This document shows, piece after piece, positions 56,776 to 64,000 of a stretch of 64,000 nt of DNA. Below the pieces are notes generated by a model. The model was given only the letters and a program-made list of their open reading frames with translations. It had not been told where the DNA came from and made no database searches. This stretch comes from Pseudobdellovibrionaceae bacterium. Its GTDB lineage: Bacteria; Bdellovibrionota; Bdellovibrionia; Bdellovibrionales; Bdellovibrionaceae. The stretch lies in contig JBDHWW010000008.1 of NCBI GenBank assembly GCA_039810425.1, positions 21,323 through 85,322 of the forward strand, read 5' to 3'. The first letter of the stretch is position 1. The number at the start of each line of letters is the position of its first letter. Position numbers and translations under genes: made by a program.

Positions 56776-57519
56776 ATGGCCATGCGGCTTTGTCTACTTG
56801 TTATCGCCTCTCTACTTTTGTTTGCGGGCTCTGTATTTGCCAAAACAAAGACGCTTTACTACGGGGTCGCCAACGAAACCAACTCGCCGTTCGTTGAAGT
56901 AGACTCCAGCAAGGGACGGCCCGAAGTCATTGGCGGCATCCTCAAGAAAATCGCTGACGCTATTACCGGCGAACTCAAGCTCAAAGCTGATGTCATTCTC
57001 TTGCCGCAAAAACGTGTTGGTCCTGATCTTGTCGCGGGCGATATCGACATGGTTTGTTTTGTTCATGAATCCTGGTTTCCTCCGGAGTTTACCAATCAAC
57101 TCCTTTGGAGCGATGAAATCGCAACGAATGTAAATCTCATTGCAACAGTCAACGGTAAGCCCGTGAGCAAGGTCGAGGACCTCTTCGGCAAGCAAGTCGG
57201 TACCATCGTTAACTATTATTACAAAAAAATAGATCCCTACTTCGAGAACGGAAAGATCACTCGAGAAAACGCCCCTAGCACCGCAAGCAATATTCAAAAG
57301 CTGCTTCATGAACGCATCGATTACATGATCGTCTCCAACATGGAGTTTGATTACTACAAAAAGAAAAATTCGGAACTGCGGTCTTTCGACTTGGGAATGG
57401 ACACCGTGAAAGTGAAATGCGCGCTATCTAAAAAAGCCCGCGTCACATTGAGCGAACTCAACCAAGCCATTGAAAAACTTAAGAAATCCAAACTTTTAGA
57501 TAAAATATTCCGGCCTTAA
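56776..57519 (+). CDS. Orphan periplasmic substrate-binding protein (family 3-like)
   Basis: Signal peptide; 'PF', 'LP.KR....L.AG.ID', 'KLL..RIDY'. Confidence 0.7.
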   Translation: MAMRLCLLVIASLLLFAGSVFAKTKTLYYGVANETNSPFVEVDSSKGRPEVIGGILKKIADAITGELKLKADVILLPQKRVGPDLVAGDIDMVCFVHESWFPPEFTNQLLWSDEIATNVNLIATVNGKPVSKVEDLFGKQVGTIVNYYYKKIDPYFENGKITRENAPSTASNIQKLLHERIDYMIVSNMEFDYYKKKNSELRSFDLGMDTVKVKCALSKKARVTLSELNQAIEKLKKSKLLDKIFRP

Positions 57520-57544
57520 AATCGGCTGCTCGACAATATTGGGA

Positions 57545-57880
57545 TTACTTCTTCAAAGTCCCAATAAGATAATTCAGTAACTGTTCACGGTCTTCTTCCG
57601 GATGCACCGTGAACGTCTGCTGGGGATGCCGAGTGGTGTCGATCGGATTATAGCTCACGGCCACCTCGTTCTTAATGCAAATATCCAGGCAGCCGGAATT
57701 GATCACGCGGATCTGCTTGCCGTGACCGAGCTCCTTCATTTGGCCTTTTAAATATTTTTTTAAATTCTCCGAAGCGTTGCCCTCTTCTTTGAGCTTCAAA
57801 CCATCAAGGCTCTTGCCGCACTTTTCGCAGATCAATACGACGGCATCGGACCAGGCATTCTCTTGTTTTTCAATGGCCAT
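57545..57880 (-). CDS. Thioredoxin-like (2Fe-2S) ferredoxin-domain protein
   Basis: 'LICEKC...SGCLDIC'. Confidence 0.6.
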   Translation of the reverse strand: MAIEKQENAWSDAVVLICEKCGKSLDGLKLKEEGNASENLKKYLKGQMKELGHGKQIRVINSGCLDICIKNEVAVSYNPIDTTRHPQQTFTVHPEEDREQLLNYLIGTLKK

Positions 57881-59057
57881 ACAAATCCCTTTTCAGCTGT
57901 TCCCAAAGAACCTTCCCCAGACTGGAACGAGGAATAGAAGAAACATACTTCACTTCACGGATTCTTTCAAAGGGTAGCACTTCACGGTTGAAGTTTTCTT
58001 GTAACTGAGAAATGAAATCATTCCTATTTTCGATTGTCGTAATTAAATGAATCTCGCAACCCAACCGTGCTGAAGGCGCATCCGCAAGCAAGACCTGTTG
58101 GCTGACACCCGCATCCAGCGTTGCAACCACGCGATCAAAAATTTCACGCAAGCGACCCATCGAGCTGCCTTCACCGCCGATTTTGATAAAATCACTCTTG
58201 CGCCCCGAAAAACGAATCGTATCATTTTCAAGAGTGACAAAGTCCTCAGTCTCGAGCCAACCACTATCTTTTGGATCCCAGTCGCGGATCTGCCCGTCTT
58301 TTTGAAGTTGACCGTAACACGTCAACAGCGACGGGCCCCGCACTTGTAAAAGACCTTCAGGAGTCGTGCGCCATTCAATATGACTCAGTCTTTGCGCCAG
58401 AGGCGTCTTATCTGATTTTAAAGTCGCAAGAGAGGCCGTGGCAATCTGCGAACAGGTCTCGGTCATTCCATAGCTCGGCAATGCCGGCCAGCCCAGCAGG
58501 CGCGCTGAGTGGTACAAACTTTCATTCAAAGCTCCGCCACCGACGATCACCGCGCGCAAACCCGGCGGCGACCTCAACTCGGCCCGCACCAAATCAAACA
58601 CTTGAGCCGGCACCATCGCGGCAATGGTGATTTTATTTTCTGCCATGAGTTTGTGAATACGAAGAGGATTCCACTTTTCAAAATCGGAAACGACTTTGCT
58701 GCCCGAAAGCATCGCACGCACTTCGACTCCCAAGCCACCCACGTGAAAGCGCGGCAGAACTTGCAGCCAAATATCCGACGGAGTTGCTCCCAAATGCTGA
58801 TTTACGGACTTTGCAGAGGCCAGGAAGGCTTGCTTAGAAAGAGCGACGAGCTTGATGTAACCGGCTGATTCAGAGGTCGATCCTGAAGTGGCGATCCAAA
58901 GGTGACCTTGTAAACCACGACGTTCACCCACCGTTCGCGCGACCTCAAAAAGCACATCGGCCTCCGCCGCTGTCCAGCGGGGGTTCAACAGGGCTGAGTT
59001 CTCAGGGCCCAGCCAATCGATGACATCAGGATTTAGCGAAGTTTTAGTTGAGCCCAT
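57870..59057 (-). CDS. menE: O-succinylbenzoate-CoA ligase
   Basis: 'TSGST', 'LP.FHVGG', 'SYGMTETCSQ', 'GR..D.IKIGGE'; follows menC. Confidence 0.85.
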   Translation of the reverse strand: MGSTKTSLNPDVIDWLGPENSALLNPRWTAAEADVLFEVARTVGERRGLQGHLWIATSGSTSESAGYIKLVALSKQAFLASAKSVNQHLGATPSDIWLQVLPRFHVGGLGVEVRAMLSGSKVVSDFEKWNPLRIHKLMAENKITIAAMVPAQVFDLVRAELRSPPGLRAVIVGGGALNESLYHSARLLGWPALPSYGMTETCSQIATASLATLKSDKTPLAQRLSHIEWRTTPEGLLQVRGPSLLTCYGQLQKDGQIRDWDPKDSGWLETEDFVTLENDTIRFSGRKSDFIKIGGEGSSMGRLREIFDRVVATLDAGVSQQVLLADAPSARLGCEIHLITTIENRNDFISQLQENFNREVLPFERIREVKYVSSIPRSSLGKVLWEQLKRDLYGH

Positions 59058-60025
59058 GGTTCCCTTGACAGCAGCATATCAAAACCAATACCTTTGCCGG
59101 CCGGCCGTTTCAAGAATGGCCCGGAAGTTACCACTTCAGCTGAGTAAGAGTCCATTTGGAAAAGTTTTAATGTCATGCAGCCCGCATCGAGGATGCGTTG
59201 CGGATGGGCCTTTTTCAACTCACTGGCGATGGCCAACGCGTGTACCACGCCCACGGGGTGATCCATATAACTGGTGACGGTGATTTTGAAATCATGGATC
59301 ACACTTTGATGTAAAACAGAGTTCACGTCGGTCTTTGCCGGTTTCAAAATCAAAACATCGAAGGGCTTCCCTTTGAGCGTTTTCAAATTCACTTTAGAAA
59401 GTTCGTTGTCAATGGCAACCGGGGCGAAGCGTTTTGCTTCTGTCCAGGCTTGAGCATCGAAAGGAAAAGGATCTTCGACATACTGAATACGTTGCAAAGC
59501 AACTTTGTCGATCGACGACATAAAGCGTTCGTAAGTCTGCCAACTTCCCATGGCATTGAAATCCAAGCGCAGTTTAAAGGCTCCATCCCGGCCAATGATA
59601 CTGATAAACTCAGCCTCAGCCCTCAGATCGTGGCCCACTTTGATTTTGACTGTGTCAAATCCATCGGCCTTCATACGGTCCGCAAAATCTTCAGCTTCAC
59701 TCGCAATATCCGAAACGATGTAATTATTTTTTACCGTCACGAGGCCTTCGAAAGCGTTTTTACCTTGCTTGCGAAGTTGGGCATCTTTGCGCGCAAGCCA
59801 GATTGCTTGTTCCATCATCGGTGAAATCCGCCCCTGGCGAACTCCGGCAAGTTGATCTTCCCATGAAGCATCACCAAGTTCTGGCCATGGATGAAGATCC
59901 GAGAATCCAACAAGCCCATCTGGCCATTCAATCTTCAGCAAAACGCCTTTGCGATCACCTATGTGGGCAACATTGTTAAGGTGCTGAATCGGTTTGAGCG
60001 TGTAAGGGCTATAGCTAATAATCAT
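59033..60025 (-). CDS. menC: O-succinylbenzoate synthase
   Basis: Enolase-superfamily 'KIKVG', 'LRLDFN', 'YVEDP', 'LKP'; between menA and menE. Confidence 0.85.
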   Translation of the reverse strand: MIISYSPYTLKPIQHLNNVAHIGDRKGVLLKIEWPDGLVGFSDLHPWPELGDASWEDQLAGVRQGRISPMMEQAIWLARKDAQLRKQGKNAFEGLVTVKNNYIVSDIASEAEDFADRMKADGFDTVKIKVGHDLRAEAEFISIIGRDGAFKLRLDFNAMGSWQTYERFMSSIDKVALQRIQYVEDPFPFDAQAWTEAKRFAPVAIDNELSKVNLKTLKGKPFDVLILKPAKTDVNSVLHQSVIHDFKITVTSYMDHPVGVVHALAIASELKKAHPQRILDAGCMTLKLFQMDSYSAEVVTSGPFLKRPAGKGIGFDMLLSREPWAQLKLR

Positions 60026-60903
60026 TCTAAGAAAAATCCTAAGCTAAGGAGCAATCCAAATGATAAATGCAAGAGTGCGGACTGCCCTAAGAACTTATTG
60101 TAGACCGAGCTGGGCTCGGTTTGAAATACGTTTTTTGTAACAATCAAGGCTAAAGGCAAGGTCAAAAGCGGAATCACTGTCGTCGCCTTATAGTCTACTG
60201 TCCACCAATACGCATTCATCACAAACGGGACCAACGCCAGCATCGCAATCTCGTAACGGGCGAAACTCTTCCCCATGCGAACTGCCAGTGTTCGCTTATT
60301 CACAACCCGGTCCTGGTCGGCATCACGAAGGTTATTAATCGCAATCAAAACCGTCGCATGGAAACCAATTTGCAGCCCCAACCAGAACGATTGGAAAGTC
60401 CACTCGTGGGTGTGCAGATAGAAGGTTCCCATCACCGCAATCAGACCAAAGAAAATTATCACGAACAAGTCACCAAAACCAAAATACGCCAAAGGCATTG
60501 GCCCCATCGTGTAGCCATAGCCCATCAAGACCGATAAAATCCCGATAACGATAATTGCCGTGCCGCCTTTCATCACAAGTGGAATACCGCAAAGAACCGC
60601 GAGCAAAAAACAAAGTCCCGCACCAAACATCACTTGGCGGTAGGTAAAAAGCCCCGACTGAGTCACACGCTGAGGACCAATACGCTTTTCCGTATCGGCG
60701 CCCTTTTTAAAATCCACGGCATCATTGACTAAGTTCGTACCGATCTGGATCAAAAAACTCGCGAGCAGAGCGTAAAGCACAACTTCGCCATCAATGGGAA
60801 GATGCATTGCTTTCACCAGTGCCGTGCCAACGACAACAGGCACTAAACAAGCAGTTAGAGTTTTTGGACGGAATGCCATGAGCCAATTTTTGATACTTTG
60901 CAT
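60022..60903 (-). CDS. menA: DHNA polyprenyltransferase
   Basis: 'W..AFRPKTL.A', '[14 protein letters not shown]', 'NNLRD..QD....KRTLAVR.G'. Confidence 0.93.
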   Translation of the reverse strand: MQSIKNWLMAFRPKTLTACLVPVVVGTALVKAMHLPIDGEVVLYALLASFLIQIGTNLVNDAVDFKKGADTEKRIGPQRVTQSGLFTYRQVMFGAGLCFLLAVLCGIPLVMKGGTAIIVIGILSVLMGYGYTMGPMPLAYFGFGDLFVIIFFGLIAVMGTFYLHTHEWTFQSFWLGLQIGFHATVLIAINNLRDADQDRVVNKRTLAVRMGKSFARYEIAMLALVPFVMNAYWWTVDYKATTVIPLLTLPLALIVTKNVFQTEPSSVYNKFLGQSALLHLSFGLLLSLGFFLE

Positions 60904-60962
60904 TAAAGCCTCGGATATGGTTTATAGTAGTATCAGAGTTTAAATCGTCTGTGGAGACTTTT

Positions 60963-62126
60963 ATGACATCGATTGTTTTAGCGTTTTTTGCCGGAGCTCT
61001 TCTCACTGCCGCGGCGGCGTGGGTCCTCTATCGAATCAAGCAACAGAGCTTCGATTTGCAAACTGATTTCACCGCGAAAAGTCTGCTGCAATTGCAAGCC
61101 CAACAAAGCGAACTGCAAAACAAGATGTCTCAACAGTTCGAAAACATGGCTCATAAGATCTTTGAAGAAAAGAGTTCAAAATTCACCACGCAAAACATGC
61201 AAAATCTCACCACAGTTTTGGAACCCCTCAAAGAGCGCATCAAAGATTTCGAAAAAAAAGTTGAAGACACATATGGCCACGAACGTTCTGAGCGCGGCGC
61301 GCTTCGCGGTGAATTGACGAAACTCATGGAACTGAACCGCTTGATGTCGAGTGAGACTTCCAATCTCACAAAAGCTTTGAAGGGCGAAGTCAAGACCCAA
61401 GGGAACTGGGGCGAGTTGATTCTTGAAAACATTCTTGAACGTTCGGGACTTCGAAAAGGTGAAGAGTACATTATCCAGGGCACGGGCATGGATCTGCGCG
61501 ATGACGAGGGCAACGTGCTCAGACCTGACGTGATCGTGAATCTTCCTGACGGCAAGCACTTGATCGTCGACTCGAAGATGACTTTGACCGCGTACGAAGC
61601 TTATTCCGCAGCGACGACGCCCGAAGAGCAAGAGCGCATGGGTAAGCTGCACGTCGAGTCTTTGAAAAAGCACATCACGGGTTTGAGTGATAAGAAGTAC
61701 TACGCCCTCGACAAGCTCGTGACCCCGGACTTTGTAATTCTGTTCATGCCGTTAGAACCGGCCTTCGCCTTGGCGTTCAAACTGCAGCCGGATTTGTTTC
61801 AATCCTCTTGGGATAAGCAAGTGGCCGTTGTGAGCCCGACAACTCTTCTCACGACTCTCAGAACCGTCGCGGCATTGTGGAAGCAAGACCGTCAACAGAA
61901 GAATGCGCTGGACATCGCAAAACGCGGCGGGGCTTTGTATGATAAATTTGTAGGCCTTGTTAAAGATATCGAAGCCTTGGGCGATAAATTGTCCGCAGCG
62001 CAAAAAGCACACGACGACGTGATGGGAAAACTCGCGACCGGCAAAGGCAACCTTATCCGCCAAGTCGATGAATTGAAAGCCATGGGCGCGAAGACGGAGA
62101 AGTCGTTGCCTCAGATTGAGGGCTAA
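60963..62126 (+). CDS. rmuC: DNA recombination protein RmuC
   Basis: 'K.QGNWGE..LE.ILE.SGL', 'RPDVIV.LP', 'VDSK', 'SPTTLL'. Confidence 0.92.
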   Translation: MTSIVLAFFAGALLTAAAAWVLYRIKQQSFDLQTDFTAKSLLQLQAQQSELQNKMSQQFENMAHKIFEEKSSKFTTQNMQNLTTVLEPLKERIKDFEKKVEDTYGHERSERGALRGELTKLMELNRLMSSETSNLTKALKGEVKTQGNWGELILENILERSGLRKGEEYIIQGTGMDLRDDEGNVLRPDVIVNLPDGKHLIVDSKMTLTAYEAYSAATTPEEQERMGKLHVESLKKHITGLSDKKYYALDKLVTPDFVILFMPLEPAFALAFKLQPDLFQSSWDKQVAVVSPTTLLTTLRTVAALWKQDRQQKNALDIAKRGGALYDKFVGLVKDIEALGDKLSAAQKAHDDVMGKLATGKGNLIRQVDELKAMGAKTEKSLPQIEG

Positions 62127-62138
62127 GGATCCGCCGGC

Positions 62139-63518
62139 CTAATCAATTCTGACCTTATCTGACCTTAGGAAGGTCTTACCAGGCGATGCAAGGCGGAATG
62201 CAAAAGGGAGTTCGTTTTCAATAAAGAGATTCTCTGATTCGCTATCAAGAAGCGAAGAGTATCCATACAGGTTTTTGTACTTCACTCCGTCTTTAATACT
62301 AATCTCTTCTTCAAAGCTGTACCATACCTGAGTGTTGTAGATCACTTGAAAGATCTCGGGATTTTCTTTATCCGCAAAATTCAACATAAGGAACAACATC
62401 TGTGATTTCAATCCCTCGACGGCAGGTACATTCGGCATGCTCGGCCAGTTAGCGGTAAAGCCCATCGGCGTTGCTTTTACAACCGGGCCGAACTGACTTG
62501 AGAAGAGCTTAATTTTTTGATCCTGCGGAATGAGCGGATAAGAAAATTCTTGCGCGAAATTTTTTTGATCACTCTCTCTGATGATCGTCAGTTTCACATA
62601 GACCTGCTTGACCGTTCCATTAGGCCCAATTGTCAAATCTCGAATGTCGGCCACGACTTGAGTTTTACATTTACTGCTGCTCACATTCGTGACGGCATCA
62701 AAATGACAAAATTGTGGGAAGGCCTGTGTCCACTGGTACTTTTTAAACATGCGAATGATCACTTGTGGATCAACGGAAATTTCTTCGGACTCGCTACTCA
62801 TTGTTTTAAAGCGTTTATCAAAATCATGCGCTTCTAAGATCTTGCCGAAGTTCTCCAGGGTCAGAGCATCTTTTTGTGCTAATAACCAAGCAGTTACGCT
62901 TCTGATTTTTTGATGATCATCTCCATCCAAAGGACGGTAGGGCTCAGGGCGATACATCTTCCAGTTGCTGACAACACGAATATCGCTACTACAGCTTCCA
63001 GTGATTTTACACATGTCCTCAATACTCAAGTACTTCATCAGGTAATAACCCATCACCATTTCGTGGAGTAAAAGCTTACCCTTTTCTTCTTTAGCCATTG
63101 AAGCATAAGCTTTGGAATCGATGAAAACCTCGCGGCTTGTATGGATCGCCGCTTGGTAGGACTCGAGGAAAAGTCCTTTACGTTCTTTCGGAATATCCTG
63201 AAGCTTACAATTGATGATGTACCAGTTCTTCATCTTCGGAGAAAACATGAAAGGCGAAGTGGTCTTTTTATCATCTTTAGAAATAAGCTTATCCAAGATC
63301 GGCTGGACGACTTCCTTGTATTCGTCCAGCTCAGTGATATCCACACGGTAACTCTCAATCAATTTACCATTGCAGATGTCGCCGCCGCCGCCATCACTGG
63401 GTCCTTCATAGGTACTACGGCCTCCGACTTTTGCAGAAGACGTTTGACTACTATTTTGACAAGCAGACAAAAAGTTCACTAGAACTAAGGCCAACACGGC
63501 TATATTGAGTTTACTCAT
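62139..63518 (-). CDS. Hypothetical lipoprotein
   Basis: Lipobox LSAC; 'GGGGD' motif; 'LLHEMVMG' (imperfect HExxH). Confidence 0.65.
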   Translation of the reverse strand: MSKLNIAVLALVLVNFLSACQNSSQTSSAKVGGRSTYEGPSDGGGGDICNGKLIESYRVDITELDEYKEVVQPILDKLISKDDKKTTSPFMFSPKMKNWYIINCKLQDIPKERKGLFLESYQAAIHTSREVFIDSKAYASMAKEEKGKLLLHEMVMGYYLMKYLSIEDMCKITGSCSSDIRVVSNWKMYRPEPYRPLDGDDHQKIRSVTAWLLAQKDALTLENFGKILEAHDFDKRFKTMSSESEEISVDPQVIIRMFKKYQWTQAFPQFCHFDAVTNVSSSKCKTQVVADIRDLTIGPNGTVKQVYVKLTIIRESDQKNFAQEFSYPLIPQDQKIKLFSSQFGPVVKATPMGFTANWPSMPNVPAVEGLKSQMLFLMLNFADKENPEIFQVIYNTQVWYSFEEEISIKDGVKYKNLYGYSSLLDSESENLFIENELPFAFRLASPGKTFLRSDKVRID

Positions 63519-63556
63519 TCTTTTCCTCGCTTTACCTCTAATGCAATATCCGTACT

Positions 63557-63756
63557 CTAGAACGTGTATCCCAGGGCTACGTTAGCTCCCACGTCGTGGT
63601 AACCAGCCTGCAAGGCCTTGGTGTCTCTTCGATGCCCACAACCCCACGGCTGCCAAAGAGTCCCACGCCTCCCATAAAGTTGACGTCTTTTTCTTTAAAC
63701 GCCTGAGAATTCACTGCCGAAAAAATAATAGCTAAAATCACGCAAAACTTTTTCAC
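63557..63756 (-). pseudogene. Internally deleted outer-membrane beta-barrel gene remnant
   Basis: GTG-start signal peptide MKKFCVILAIIFSAVNSQA plus a Gly-rich strand, then a frame change into ...VGANVALGYTF* (aromatic C-terminus typical of OMPs). Confidence 0.5.
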
Positions 63757-64000
63757 AATTTCACCCTATTGTTGTGTGCACGACAATGTCGCGCCATTAG
63801 CCATCAAGATTGTTTGGCCAGCTTGAATTCCCACACCAAATGACAAGTCAGCATATTGAATTTGACCTTGGATGCCTCTTTGAACAGTTCCGAGATACAA
63901 CTGAGTTCTACCTTGCTCGAAGCTGGAGATGTCTCATTTTTAGTTGAAAGTCGCGAACCGCTTTCGTGAAGTGATTCCGACTATGCTGCCTTTTTGATTT

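Noticed and set aside
63766..64000. Partial minus-strand gene at the window end
   Set aside because: The frame ending at 63766 has an in-frame TGA within the window and the other frames also close; it cannot be called without flanking sequence.

Overview
A 64-kb chromosomal window from what looks like a Bdellovibrio-like predator (inferred from gene content: several short ~275-aa flagellins, vWA lipoproteins, a secreted PBP4-type peptidase, stand-alone Y1 transposase-like and XRE genes). Main contents: (i) a flagellar filament locus with three flagellins, flaG, fliD and fliS; the three flagellins and flaG each have their own sigma28 promoter. (ii) A sigma54-preceded TPR/Maf-like/GT9/GT9/histidine kinase/response regulator/rsmD/coaD/aminotransferase run. 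(iii) A thiamine-type ABC transporter, nth, ddl and elbB. (iv) A sigma28-driven cheA-cheW-(CheD-REC-pseudo-CheB) operon. (v) An L,D-transpeptidase, citrate synthase, a menaquinone cluster and rmuC. (vi) A 433-bp IS4 deletion derivative inserted in a terminator. The most striking unexplained signal is non-coding. The 5' leaders of the three flagellin mRNAs are mutually complementary, with two matches starting at the predicted +1 sites. The middle leader can fold into two exclusive structures that expose or bury its Shine-Dalgarno sequence. The same motif recurs 28 kb away in the 3' part of a type I toxin-like mRNA. Together these suggest an RNA-RNA switch network linking flagellin paralogues. 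All calls were made by eye from the sequence and ORF track; no database searches or folding programs were run.
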